From IMG/VR virus record IMGVR_UViG_3300033463_000042, positions 50,309 to 114,308 of that record: 64,000 nucleotides of DNA, one strand, 5' to 3'. Each line of letters opens with the position of its first letter. Position 1 is the stretch's first letter. Under the pieces are notes generated by a model. That model saw only the letters and a program-made list of their open reading frames with translations, was not told the DNA's origin and ran no database searches. Origin of the DNA: a virus (taxonomy: Duplodnaviria > Caudoviricetes). This document shows positions 10,001-19,745 of this stretch, in pieces. The position numbers and the translations under genes are program-made.

Positions 10001-12748
10001 ATAGCTACCATGGTTTACATTGTAAAACAATCTGTTGTTGAATATTTGATCTTTGGTAGCCGCAGAAGTACCACAACCAATGAGATATGAGGATGATCCA
10101 ACATTGGCCATTAAGGTCATTGGTGCATCTATTCGCAATACTCCTTCGGCGTAGCCGCCTTTTGCGGCTTGAACGTTTCTGTATCTAACAGCACCATCTC
10201 CACCATAACATTTGATACGATATGTTCCTGGCAATAAGTTGAGATTTTGCCCTTCACCGGTATAAGGAACCCTGATTGATGAATCTAACGTTTTTGCATA
10301 ATCGGTTTCTTTGTATATTGTCAAAGAAGCACCGTCAAATGCTTGATATGGAAGTAACATGAAATCTCTGAAGTATAATGTTTCTATTACATCTTCCATG
10401 TCTCGCATGTAGTTTTCTGGCTTATATGATTCTGCAGTGAGAACATAGGATGTTCCACCGGATCCATTACATGCAGAATATGAGTATCCTATCGATGTAT
10501 AGTTAACGATGGCATATCCTCCATACCAACCTCCGCCTCCGCCGCCTTGGCCTTCTTGTCCCCAAGTTGCACCAGAAGCGTTGGTTCTATTTTGTGCATT
10601 ACCACCTTTACCAAAGGAAGCACCACGTTGTTGTGTTGCACACATCCATGCATAATTTGAACTCGATGCTCCATTACAAGAAATCCATCCACTATATGGA
10701 CCACCGCCAAATGATAAGAAATCCTGTACACTGTCATTATTAGTCTGATGACCTGTGCCACCGCCTCCAGCACCAACAATGATTCTTGAATATAATCCAC
10801 GATCAATGAGCAAATCATATTGTGATGGTATCGTTGAATTGGAAAAATCTGTTGAACGAGATGTTGTTATTGATGTTCTACGTATATCAAACTGACACCA
10901 ATGCGTATTATCTGGTGATATGAACAATTCCCATTCAAAAGGATCTCGTTCTTGGTAGTCATCACCAGTTCTTATGATATAACTGATAATATCCATTGAG
11001 TTAACAGTGTTTTCGAATTCATATGTTATTATGACATCCGTACCATTATCAGACCATCCTGATATACATACCTTTGAATTATCATAAATAATGATGTTCT
11101 CTATCGTTTGAGACGCTTTTGCATATGTTACAGCAGAACCGTCGCTGCGTATAGCAGAAACATTTGCAACAGGAATAAATTCATCATTCCTGTCTTTGAA
11201 TCCGAGGAATTCCATTTGAAGATATGAGTTATTTGAACGATTACGATGAACAACCATTTTCATATACTTGGTATTCTCGATTCTGGATTTCCAAACGGTC
11301 TTTTCAACAGCACCACCATGATACATTTTAACATTTGACAATGACGGATACATTCTGTCATTAATCAAATCATATAATCCTGTCTCATATCCATCTTCAT
11401 ATGTCAAATATGTCATGGTAAATTCTTCAATCAAGTCGTCGGATAAATTATCTGTTGCATGTACAATTGCAACCTTCAAATATGCTGCTTCAGGAAATGG
11501 TGGATATACGGTTATGTTATCACCGACAGATACGCCTTTATATGTGTTAGGCCATCCGCTGAAATCATAAAATGGCATCCATGTTATACCATAACCATCC
11601 GTACCCAATTGCTGATAGTTAGAATCATACCAATAGAAAGTAATGATAACACTGTTTTTGTCGGTGACTTTAAGTTTGAAACGTATTCCCTCTGCAGAAG
11701 CATCTACTGGTATATAGTCTTGTGTCCTAAGATATCTCAGATCACTACCGTTATAATTTTCCCATGTAGTGATTTGTGTCAGATCTATTGTTTCAACATC
11801 AGTTGCACACTTACAGTATGGAACCAACCAGTTTGTCAATTTACGATCTTCATATACTTTCATTTCCAGAACAGAGACTTTGGAGTAGTCTGCATAAACG
11901 TCTCTTGTTGGATCGTACAACGCAAATACTCCAAATCCAGTTGCATTTGCAGAAGGAGACATGCTATTATTACTGCTACGAGTTGAACACATTGATTCGT
12001 TTGAATAATGCATTTCAGAACAGTCTCCCCAACCGACAGAAACTCGCGTTATATTGTAATATGGATAATTTGTATCCATCGAGTAATGGGTAGATCCATA
12101 AAAATAATACATGTTTGTGCTGTTGACATCACCACGTTTACGTTGATAACCCATTCTATCAGATCCAGATATGCTATAACCGAAGAGTGTCTCCGCGGGT
12201 CCATCTGATTTAAGATCCGCATAATCTGGATTCGAGTATATCTTCGCTTCAATACGAGTGCTACTTGTAAATTTATGATCTACTGCAAGATACTGTTGTT
12301 TGTTGGCATGAATATACGAGACCTGTTCATATCCTTCCGGGATAGAATGTGTGATCATTTCAGGTATATACGCATCATCTATTGACAAACGTACGTCAGT
12401 AGCACCTCCACCAGCACATCCATTTGAATATGTAGCTATATTATATGCCAGACCGCCGTTACCACCACCATTATATCCACCCAGAGCCACCTGTGTTGTT
12501 CCGTTGTGTGGTTCTTCACCATTACCACCGACAACAGCGTACATCTTCTGAGTATGATCCAAATCAAGTATACCATATGCAGCAGCTCCCCATGATTTAA
12601 ATTGATTATGGGGAGAATTACCACCACGCGCTCCGTTTGCAACAAACAGATATGTGTCTGGTTGTAATGTGAATTCTTCTGGTTCACCAGTAAATTCAAA
12701 TGATTTATATGGTTCCCAGAGTTTATTTTTGTACAAGAGATATTCCAT
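7028..12748 (-). CDS. Giant glycine-rich adhesin/tail fibre (1906 aa): two ALK/LTK-type Gly-rich domains with inserted lectin-like domains, C-terminal propeller-like region
   Basis: Repeated GGGATDVR ... SRIIVGAGGGG/ARFIVAGGGGG, GGGGGGWYGG and GSGGTSY motifs; inserted YEQVSYI/YDQIDYIESNGTQY ConA-like domains and an F5/8-like domain (ERDPFEWELFISPDNTHW). Confidence 0.75.
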   Translation of the reverse strand: MEYLLYKNKLWEPYKSFEFTGEPEEFTLQPDTYLFVANGARGGNSPHNQFKSWGAAAYGILDLDHTQKMYAVVGGNGEEPHNGTTQVALGGYNGGGNGGLAYNIATYSNGCAGGGATDVRLSIDDAYIPEMITHSIPEGYEQVSYIHANKQQYLAVDHKFTSSTRIEAKIYSNPDYADLKSDGPAETLFGYSISGSDRMGYQRKRGDVNSTNMYYFYGSTHYSMDTNYPYYNITRVSVGWGDCSEMHYSNESMCSTRSSNNSMSPSANATGFGVFALYDPTRDVYADYSKVSVLEMKVYEDRKLTNWLVPYCKCATDVETIDLTQITTWENYNGSDLRYLRTQDYIPVDASAEGIRFKLKVTDKNSVIITFYWYDSNYQQLGTDGYGITWMPFYDFSGWPNTYKGVSVGDNITVYPPFPEAAYLKVAIVHATDNLSDDLIEEFTMTYLTYEDGYETGLYDLINDRMYPSLSNVKMYHGGAVEKTVWKSRIENTKYMKMVVHRNRSNNSYLQMEFLGFKDRNDEFIPVANVSAIRSDGSAVTYAKASQTIENIIIYDNSKVCISGWSDNGTDVIITYEFENTVNSMDIISYIIRTGDDYQERDPFEWELFISPDNTHWCQFDIRRTSITTSRSTDFSNSTIPSQYDLLIDRGLYSRIIVGAGGGGTGHQTNNDSVQDFLSFGGGPYSGWISCNGASSSNYAWMCATQQRGASFGKGGNAQNRTNASGATWGQEGQGGGGGGWYGGYAIVNYTSIGYSYSACNGSGGTSYVLTAESYKPENYMRDMEDVIETLYFRDFMLLPYQAFDGASLTIYKETDYAKTLDSSIRVPYTGEGQNLNLLPGTYRIKCYGGDGAVRYRNVQAAKGGYAEGVLRIDAPMTLMANVGSSSYLIGCGTSAATKDQIFNNRLFYNVNHGSYDQYQLGATAGGGATDVRIAPTPHTIPDEYDQIDYIESNGTQYINLKYYFKASTSKYEVILNIKDPSEVPDIQVDAVIFGARDGSNNMIPLYRQGGVNRTCYGVGSDWPTGNAMPFNTKFRLVATAQSLFAWYDMNGTQLGSISIGNYSYTLAQPTYMFGYNDNGNWDRKFHGKLFSFKIYENNKLVHWYVPIKSKPDAEEQTIGLYDLVDQEILTSPVGDPFTYGEVVEKDVYTPDSLLARFIVAGGGGGQGDNDGWGGNGGGSSGAWYINGGYGTNNGPGTQNSTPAQSPGGGGFGYNGVGNAQNSGYGGSGGNGWFGGNGTIVDGSGDDDKGGCGGSGYVLTETSYKPSGYIPDERYWLTDTVLTAGGNPVRGMTKITFDVEDISAILIIAQDSYSYKAYDTDNDEWYPIDIELTPENFAIYGSYPSSIKSDNGLTNSYRFFVYDKYGIQPSAISAYVIPLKQTVTFHEHTGAEILDATYDCDIDDNCSIEFKYSIKGIAENRRVICTLDFDMNDEPTSNTTVYCVQFQTRQKPDSHYYPTKPEKTIDDLDLLYVGAGNTIPNRYKVSIGGFMPDGTTAITAVQCSTSCEYKRNIFTASLLNNSIIRITKFNIIENKTVVIRDNIAVSTFDSSGGGNVCGSLLADDNYLYLFRSKQDTNNWSHYCMRIPMDPSASITYHAPTQDYNFTVNAYGEAAWLSNNEIALISKNSLLVFNTKSLNWTRYADVDDGDFRNDFTVGKYTMLTFWCSTSCTGPRRWSVATRNRVTSSAMVMPAGIKCACYADGKFYVAQIGHIYVYEDNPECEPALVEDILTPFTSLTPKTITYSKGILYVMMASSSTLYIYHIKNQQWASMFMPFTNSGLGNTGSKYYRPASFDTYFFVEHLKLLTVNFAKYAKYKIGEKSTTLLVRTNDNHRTEYTYDDRFITIDDVGMDFHRGYIDKQLTMIDETNRIYESESFIHDHEYKTVDKFNFIKEENNEEEGEEENG

Positions 12749-12780
12749 TATCTCACCACGCTTTCGAATGAAGATTTATA

Positions 12781-13227
12781 TTAACCATTATTGGGTTCAT
12801 CATTAGAGAGTATTCCTGTATAAGGAGTATCAGAAGGATTGTACTCGACAACAACAACATTCTCTGGAAGTTCGTCGACCTCTGCTTCTCTTGGTGGGTG
12901 ATCGAATGTAACAATCTGACCGTCGAATCCTAACAGTTTAAGATTACCATTCTGACAATCTATTTCTACTGATTCAGATATGTATGTATCACCATCATGA
13001 GGTACGGTCAAATATGCTATATCGGTATTGGGATCTATAAGAGCCTGGTAACGTTTGTATTCCTTACCAGATTCATATACTTCGAAACCGTTGCCACTTC
13101 CTCCACCACCACCGATAGATTTTATTTGTAACAACCACTCCGTTAGATCATGAATTATTTCACGTTGAGTGTGAATTATATCAACCAGGTCATTGAATAC
13201 CTGATCGAAATCTGTCGTGTTAGCCAT
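12781..13227 (-). CDS. Fibre-cassette adaptor, C-terminal half (homolog of the C part of 18916-19671)
   Basis: VFNDL, EY..YQ..ID and LPENVVVVEY.P.DTPY.G shared with 18916-19671; own RBS GAGGTG. Confidence 0.75.
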   Translation of the reverse strand: MANTTDFDQVFNDLVDIIHTQREIIHDLTEWLLQIKSIGGGGGSGNGFEVYESGKEYKRYQALIDPNTDIAYLTVPHDGDTYISESVEIDCQNGNLKLLGFDGQIVTFDHPPREAEVDELPENVVVVEYNPSDTPYTGILSNDEPNNG

Positions 13228-13239
13228 TTAGCTCACCTC

Positions 13240-13440
13240 TTAATCACTTTCTTCTGCCCATTCTCTGAGCTTATCTCTAATCTTAATAAGATCTTTATTT
13301 ATTTCACCTATGTCAGGTATAACATGTTCACCAAGGATATGGTCCATCTTATCAACGACATAGTCCCATGGTATGAGCGCTACGCTATCGTCATCTTCCA
13401 AGTCAATAACGACCGGTTGCTTTTTATCGCGTGTTGCCAT
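13240..13440 (-). CDS. Fibre-cassette adaptor, N-terminal half (homolog of the N part of 18916-19671)
   Basis: MATRDKKQPVVIDLEDDDSVALIPW versus MAARDPKQPVIIDLEDDDSVSLIPW; RBS AAAGGAG. Confidence 0.8.
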   Translation of the reverse strand: MATRDKKQPVVIDLEDDDSVALIPWDYVVDKMDHILGEHVIPDIGEINKDLIKIRDKLREWAEESD

Positions 13441-13468
13441 ATACATGCAACTCCTTTCTTTATTTAAG

Positions 13469-13481
13469 TTATGAAGGCGTT
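13469..13481 (-). promoter_or_regulatory. Putative late promoter AAC-N7-TAA
   Basis: AACGCCTTCATAA upstream of the RBS; nearly identical element at 19698-19710. Confidence 0.6.
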
Positions 13482-13501
13482 CAACTCTGTAAAATCAAAT
13501 A

Positions 13502-13524
13502 GTCGAGGGCTTTACGCCCTCGAC
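13502..13524 (-). terminator. Intrinsic terminator ending the first fibre cassette
   Basis: gtcgagggc-tttac-gccctcgac stem, T-rich tail on the minus strand. Confidence 0.8.
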
Positions 13525-13535
13525 GTTACTTTGAT

Positions 13536-13697
13536 TTATTTGGTTGGAATATTAGTAACAGGGTTCAATGTTCTGTTACCATCCTCTTTTGCCGCATTGG
13601 TAACATATACACCTTTAACGGATACAACTTTTCTGTTTCCATTTGCATCTTTGAATACAAACAGAACTTTCTTAGCCCTACTAATTTCGTGAATCAT
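13536..13697 (-). CDS. 53-aa protein not in the ORF track (MIHEISRAKKVLFVFKDANGNRKVVSVKGVYVT...), homolog of the N-terminus of 3705-4241
   Basis: TAATG stop/start overlap with the 1735-aa gene; aligns with MSDVISYAKEVYYRFRDDQGTAKVVPIRGMYVT. Confidence 0.75.
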   Translation of the reverse strand: MIHEISRAKKVLFVFKDANGNRKVVSVKGVYVTNAAKEDGNRTLNPVTNIPTK

Positions 13698-16600
13698 TAG
13701 ATGTATACCCCCTCATCGTTTGGTAATGTAAATGAATGATTAATGAGCTTTCTATAGTCAGTCTCAAGATAATCTTCCGTTGCAAATATACGATCATTCA
13801 GATTAAGTGTTGTAGTAAATTGTTTATAAAGATATCCTGGATGGATATGTAAACCCACGTCGTCAACTGTAATAAATCTTGGATTGTATGATGTTCCTAC
13901 AGGAAGGTTTTCTGCGTTTGTTCTGACATGAACATAGCTATTGGTTTCACCAACACGATACTTTGAATACATACTTGCATTTGTTACAAACAAATTCTTT
14001 GAAGCATGGAAAAAATAATCATCAAAACATACAGGACGATGCATGTCTGTTTGAGAACCAAGAGCACTTTCTGCTTCCGGTAATGTAAGAGACAGCCACC
14101 TGTTCTCTGTGATGTTGTATGTATACAATACATCTGAATCGGCAAATGTGAGATATATACAATTATCAGAACATATGATACTCTTTGGATACAATGTGCC
14201 AAGTTGGCTTCCGTCGGGTATCAATATATCAGATACACGTGTAGGTATATTATTAGAATTATCTTCATAAACATACACATGACCTGGCTCAGTTATATAG
14301 AATTTTCCATCATTGTATGTACAACAATGGTATTCTTCTGCAAATGTTATGCCATGATTTGCAACATACGCAAATGTCTCGCGATTATGTATACGACATG
14401 TTGTCGATAAGCTATCACTGAATGACATTATCGAATATTTTCCAACAGCAAATGAAGATACCTCAGGTACCTCAAGAGTAGCTCCAAGAGGTTTATACTC
14501 CCAAGTATGTTCATCAACATCAAACAGCATGAAACCATTCATAGAACAGAATATTCTCCTATTGTCATCATACCAGTATGACTGACCACATCCACTTGCA
14601 TAGTAATTTGGACTTGTACCAAGAGCATTGGAGCTGTATGCAATAGGAGCTACATATGAATCCATTGGAGCTTCAAGTATTTTTATGTATTGTGAAGTAG
14701 TGTATGAGTATGAATTTGACAAATAGACATTTTCATTCTTTATGAATATGCTACCTCCTACAGCACCATCAGCTGAAATACTAGCCGGAGTTATATCATC
14801 CCTAATTACCTCTGATTGATTTGTAAATAAATTGTATTTTTCAATACGTATTTTTGTTCCAAGCATCAATGTATAATAAATACATCTACCATATTCACAT
14901 GCAGATGAACATACAACTGTAGATATCTCGGTCTTACCATCAGGCATTGTATCAGACGCTAAAGGTTTATTATCGAATGGAATTGGTGATGATACTTCTG
15001 ATGTATACAGATCAACATCTTCGATAGTTTTCTTTGGAGGATTATATTCATATCCTTTACCAGATTTATATTTAACTCTATACTGAGCCATATATAAAAC
15101 TGAATCCTTTTCGGGAATATCTGTTAAATCGAAAGCCACATTAGCACTGATTGTTGAATTTGTAAATGTATGTGTTTCAGTTACAGATGCATTTTCATCA
15201 AGAGTTGCATCAAGAACGCATCTTTTAACCTCGGACACATGTTCGGCTGTTTTACTGAATGTGATGTGTTGAGTTGTTGGGATGACTTTTGTATACACTC
15301 CAGATATGCCTGTTGCAAATGAATCGCATACACAGAGTTTATATGGGAAACTCAAACCATCATCCGAGATTATTACATCTATAGGAACGCCATAATCCAT
15401 GAACTCTTGGATTGTTATTATCTCACCAGACAGAGTAATTGAATACCAGGAATCGGATGATTCATCGTATGCTTTATAACCATCTTTGTCCTTTGCAAGA
15501 ACTGATAAAACCTGTATCGGTGCAGGTCCTTCTTCAACAACTTCGAATTCAATCCATGTTTTGCCTTGCGTTGTATTACCACCGGTTGTAAGTACAGGAT
15601 CACGCATCCAGAATCTTTCATCAGGAATATATCCATCTGGTTTATATGAGCTTGAGGTCAATACATATCCAGATCCACCTGAACCACCTTTGTTGGTATC
15701 ACTATTAATGCCACCTGTTGTTGCATATCCGCCATACCATCCGTTGCCTCCAGCACCAAGATATTTACCAGTTGACATGTTGTATGAACCTATACCGCCT
15801 ATACCAAAACCAAATCCTGAATCTTGAGTACCAGGACCTTTATTTGTACCATCCGATGCACTACCTTTACATGCTTCACCAGAAAGGCCGCCACCATTTC
15901 CGCCTCGACCGTCCGGTCCACCTTGTGCTCCACCAGCTCCAGCTACCATGATACGTGAATTTCTTGATGCAAGTTCATTGCTATATGAATAAGTCTCAGA
16001 TGTCTTTGGTTCTACTACAGCACCTGCTATGAAATTATTTCCAGAATCTGCACGTATTGCATAAACTCTGTTCATCAAATCATAGAACTTCGGTCCTGTT
16101 TCATCTTCTGCATTTGAGCATGGTACAAAGTGTCTGAATAATGCGCCCGAAGAATGATTTATTAATTTATATGAGTATATTCTAGCTATAGTGTTTGCAC
16201 CCATTGGATCTGTACCGGATGATGCACCGGCAGGCCAACCTCTCGTACAATCAAACCATAATAACTCAGTTGATGTGCCACTAGGTCTCGAAGAACTTGA
16301 TGTAATTGAACCGAGTAAATTATCTTCCATATCATACCATGATAAAACTTTGCCAACAATGGTAATCTTAATCTTTTGATTATATGGCATTAATAATGAA
16401 CTCTTATCCAATTTAGATCCACATAAGAATGCTACACCAGGATTGCTAACATCCCATACAGGAAATACAGCTAAAGCATTACTATAACTTGATGCATTAG
16501 GAACTGTACCTCCCCATGTACCAAATATACATTCTCTGACTCCTGTTGGTTCGAGTAACTCACATACACATTCAATATCATATGTAGAAGATACTGTACC

Positions 16601-18904
16601 TTTTGTATCGAGGAAATAGTTTGTACCATCAGACTGAAGGTATTGAACTTCGTCCGTACCATCGGGAACAGTTATTGTTCTGGTAATAGTTCCGCCGGGT
16701 TCTGTTCTAATGGATGTTTCTCCTCCACCGCCGATAACTGCCGCCTGTGTTTCAGGATTCGGTGCATTAGGTAAACCTGTTATGGGTCCGGTAGCACCAA
16801 ATCTAGCTTCTCCTGCTGGTCCAAAGATATCTAACAACTCATCTCTCGCAGATACCGCAGTTGCCATTAGATAAGCACTACAACCAACATGGAAGTACAA
16901 AGGTGTGGTCTGTTGTAAATCAAGAATACCTTCCGCATATCCACCCTTTGACGCAATGACCTGTTTATATCGTGCTCCTCCGCCGCCACCATAACATTTA
17001 AACTTGTACGATGAAGGAATCATGGTATACGTTTGCGGTGTACCAGTAAATGGAACAATAACTGTATCACCCATTACAGGTCGTTGCCGAGCTCTCTTGT
17101 ATATCTTAAGAGATGGGCCATCAAATGCTTGATACGGTAACATCAAACCATTTCTGAAATACAATGTTGGAATGATATCTTCGAAACCATCCATATATCC
17201 TTCTGGTTTATATGAATCTTCAGTAAGAATGTATGAGGAACCACCCGTTCCGCCGTATGAGGTCCAGATTGATGAATAACGTTTATTGAATACGGAGTAT
17301 CCTCCATACCAACCTCCGCCACCTCCTCCTTGTCCAGAAGCAGTGCCTTGAGTTGAATTGGGATCCGGATCTCTATCTTCAGCACTTTGACCCTTGCCGT
17401 ATTCATAACCAGAGTCTTGGGTGGCTCGTAAACCACCATTGTTGTTTGATGTTATATCCGGACCTGCAATAGTACCACCGGTTTTACCACCACCCCATGA
17501 CATAAAGTCTTGTTTGACGTCACTGTTATAATCAAACGATGTACCACCGCCACCTCCAGCAACAAAGATTCTGGAGGATACACCACGAACAATTTGTTTC
17601 AATCGTTTATGATGTGATGCTAACTGATCAGGACCAACTTGAGGACCTCTAATAAACCAGAAGGGACTTTCTTCACTGGAATTAGATGGAAGCCAGTCAT
17701 CAGGATATGGATAATAGACTCTTGGTGCAGATGACGATGTATCATGACATATTTTTTTAGCTTGGTGAAATGTTTCTGTGACAAGGTCATACATACCTCG
17801 TCTGTATATATAATAATATGCACCTTTTGATGTGTTGTTTGTTGCAACAGGAACCATCCAATGAATAAGCTCATCATTTTCCCATATTTTTATTTCATAT
17901 AATCGCATACGTGCACTGCGGAGATTCAATGCTCCTACCTCTATATCTGGCAGATCACTTCCATATGCAGAATTACACACATGTCGATTAAAAACGAAGA
18001 ACGAATGGGTATCCGGAGAATCTGATCTAGTAGGATCGCCTTCAGTTAAAACTACCTCTTGATCATTGATAGTAAACCTATTGCCGGATATTCTAAAAGT
18101 TACAATCTGATTCTTTGGGAATCCCGTTGTAGGGAAATCTGCTAGATTGGAATCTCCACCATGACCACTAACACCGCAATGATAACTCATGACAAAATAT
18201 CCAGATGAACCTTCAGACTGAAACCACAACTTATCACTTTGGCTACTAGTTACACCAAAATAGTTTTGGAGTGCAGGTGTTGGTGTTTCAAGAGGACTAT
18301 CGTTTCTATCAATTCGAACTGTCATCTCAATAACACTATTTGATTTTATGGCATAACCAGTGTCTATGTACGCACCCGTTAAAATATGGCTTGGTTGTGG
18401 AGTCCTCGTTGGATCAAATATTATCCATGGGTCTTCTGTATCGGCCCATGAGGTTGAAATATATTCAACCTGAACAAGATCTTCTTCTGGAGGAACAGTT
18501 ACATCCTCTTCGATATATTCTGTAACTTGTGAACTTAAACGGACATCGGTGGCACCACCGCCACCACAACCATTCGCTTGGTTGCTGTCACGTGATGAAG
18601 ATAGACCTCCATCACCACCACCATTATATCCTCCTAATGCACGAGTCGTTCCAAAGGTAGAATCTCCACCATTGCCGCCGACATTTGCGTAGAATTGTTG
18701 TGTATGGTCAAGATCAAGTATACCGTATGCTCTACCACCATAAGAAACAAACTTATTCCCCGAACTGCGGAATCTACCACCAGTTGCACCATCGGCTATG
18801 AATAAATATGTATCAGGTTGAAGTGTGAATGGATCAAGGCTACCCTTATATTCAAAATTTAAATATGGCTCCCATAGCTCATTATTATAGAGCAAATATT
18901 TCAT
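13697..18904 (-). CDS. Giant glycine-rich adhesin/tail fibre (1735 aa), paralog of 7028-12748
   Basis: Near-identical N-terminus (MKYLLYNNELWEPY/MEYLLYKNKLWEPY), same two Gly-rich domains and LPYQAFDG linker, different ConA-like inserts. Confidence 0.75.
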   Translation of the reverse strand: MKYLLYNNELWEPYLNFEYKGSLDPFTLQPDTYLFIADGATGGRFRSSGNKFVSYGGRAYGILDLDHTQQFYANVGGNGGDSTFGTTRALGGYNGGGDGGLSSSRDSNQANGCGGGGATDVRLSSQVTEYIEEDVTVPPEEDLVQVEYISTSWADTEDPWIIFDPTRTPQPSHILTGAYIDTGYAIKSNSVIEMTVRIDRNDSPLETPTPALQNYFGVTSSQSDKLWFQSEGSSGYFVMSYHCGVSGHGGDSNLADFPTTGFPKNQIVTFRISGNRFTINDQEVVLTEGDPTRSDSPDTHSFFVFNRHVCNSAYGSDLPDIEVGALNLRSARMRLYEIKIWENDELIHWMVPVATNNTSKGAYYYIYRRGMYDLVTETFHQAKKICHDTSSSAPRVYYPYPDDWLPSNSSEESPFWFIRGPQVGPDQLASHHKRLKQIVRGVSSRIFVAGGGGGTSFDYNSDVKQDFMSWGGGKTGGTIAGPDITSNNNGGLRATQDSGYEYGKGQSAEDRDPDPNSTQGTASGQGGGGGGWYGGYSVFNKRYSSIWTSYGGTGGSSYILTEDSYKPEGYMDGFEDIIPTLYFRNGLMLPYQAFDGPSLKIYKRARQRPVMGDTVIVPFTGTPQTYTMIPSSYKFKCYGGGGGARYKQVIASKGGYAEGILDLQQTTPLYFHVGCSAYLMATAVSARDELLDIFGPAGEARFGATGPITGLPNAPNPETQAAVIGGGGETSIRTEPGGTITRTITVPDGTDEVQYLQSDGTNYFLDTKGTVSSTYDIECVCELLEPTGVRECIFGTWGGTVPNASSYSNALAVFPVWDVSNPGVAFLCGSKLDKSSLLMPYNQKIKITIVGKVLSWYDMEDNLLGSITSSSSRPSGTSTELLWFDCTRGWPAGASSGTDPMGANTIARIYSYKLINHSSGALFRHFVPCSNAEDETGPKFYDLMNRVYAIRADSGNNFIAGAVVEPKTSETYSYSNELASRNSRIMVAGAGGAQGGPDGRGGNGGGLSGEACKGSASDGTNKGPGTQDSGFGFGIGGIGSYNMSTGKYLGAGGNGWYGGYATTGGINSDTNKGGSGGSGYVLTSSSYKPDGYIPDERFWMRDPVLTTGGNTTQGKTWIEFEVVEEGPAPIQVLSVLAKDKDGYKAYDESSDSWYSITLSGEIITIQEFMDYGVPIDVIISDDGLSFPYKLCVCDSFATGISGVYTKVIPTTQHITFSKTAEHVSEVKRCVLDATLDENASVTETHTFTNSTISANVAFDLTDIPEKDSVLYMAQYRVKYKSGKGYEYNPPKKTIEDVDLYTSEVSSPIPFDNKPLASDTMPDGKTEISTVVCSSACEYGRCIYYTLMLGTKIRIEKYNLFTNQSEVIRDDITPASISADGAVGGSIFIKNENVYLSNSYSYTTSQYIKILEAPMDSYVAPIAYSSNALGTSPNYYASGCGQSYWYDDNRRIFCSMNGFMLFDVDEHTWEYKPLGATLEVPEVSSFAVGKYSIMSFSDSLSTTCRIHNRETFAYVANHGITFAEEYHCCTYNDGKFYITEPGHVYVYEDNSNNIPTRVSDILIPDGSQLGTLYPKSIICSDNCIYLTFADSDVLYTYNITENRWLSLTLPEAESALGSQTDMHRPVCFDDYFFHASKNLFVTNASMYSKYRVGETNSYVHVRTNAENLPVGTSYNPRFITVDDVGLHIHPGYLYKQFTTTLNLNDRIFATEDYLETDYRKLINHSFTLPNDEGVYI

Positions 18905-18915
18905 ATTTAATCACC

Positions 18916-19671
18916 TCATCTGTTATTGTCGTTTAATACCAAACCTGCATATGGGGTATCATTAGGATCATATTCTACAACAACAACGTTTTCAGGGAGA
19001 TCATTTATTTCAGCCTGCGTTGGTGGATGATCGAATACAACAAGACGACTATCCGAACCAAGAAGCTGAAGTTTCTCATGTTCAACATCAATCTCAATTG
19101 TCTCAGATGTATAGTTTTCTGTAACGACATATGATGTTAATGTCTCGGAATCAATAACGGTTTGATATTTTATGTATTCCATTCCTGGCTGATATTCAGT
19201 AATAGTACTAGGACTACCACCGCCTCCAGCGACATTAACAATGACGCGACTATATCCATCAGCCCCATCATCAGAAGCAAGATATGTGCCATTCTCAGTG
19301 ATAGTCTTTTCTGTTAGAACGGCACTGCCACCGCCGAGATTAAGTTGCTCCAATAGATTTGCCATTGTATGTATCAACTGTCTTTGTGCATATACGGCAT
19401 TCAATAAGTCATTGAAAACTGGTTCAAATTCTGTTGTTGTAAAATCGGAATTTTCTCCTGTACTACCACCACGTTGTTGTTCATCTATCCATTGTTGAAT
19501 TCTTGCATTGATTCGTGCAAGATCGATGTTTATATTTTCAAGATTAGGTGTCATATTTCCACCTATCATTGTATCACATTTATCAACAACGAATTCCCAA
19601 GGAATAAGAGATACACTATCGTCATCCTCAAGATCGATGATAACTGGCTGCTTAGGATCACGTGCTGCCAT
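18916..19671 (-). CDS. Fibre-cassette adaptor protein (251 aa), fused form
   Basis: Homologous to 13240-13440 plus 12781-13227; extra EKTITENGTY..GYSRVIVNV fibre-type repeat. Confidence 0.75.
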   Translation of the reverse strand: MAARDPKQPVIIDLEDDDSVSLIPWEFVVDKCDTMIGGNMTPNLENINIDLARINARIQQWIDEQQRGGSTGENSDFTTTEFEPVFNDLLNAVYAQRQLIHTMANLLEQLNLGGGSAVLTEKTITENGTYLASDDGADGYSRVIVNVAGGGGSPSTITEYQPGMEYIKYQTVIDSETLTSYVVTENYTSETIEIDVEHEKLQLLGSDSRLVVFDHPPTQAEINDLPENVVVVEYDPNDTPYAGLVLNDNNR

Positions 19672-19697
19672 ATTAACAGCTCCTTTCTTTTATTAGG

Positions 19698-19710
19698 TTA
19701 TGAAAGCGTT
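19698..19710 (-). promoter_or_regulatory. Putative late promoter AAC-N7-TAA
   Basis: AACGCTTTCATAA upstream of AAAGGAG RBS. Confidence 0.6.
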
Positions 19711-19745
19711 CAATGCCCCTAATAAAACAAAAAAAAGAATAATCG

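Noticed and set aside
337-19671. Diversity-generating retroelement or invertase shufflon acting on the fibre genes
   Set aside because: No reverse transcriptase or recombinase in the window, no adenine-specific TR/VR pair noticed, and all cassettes are co-oriented
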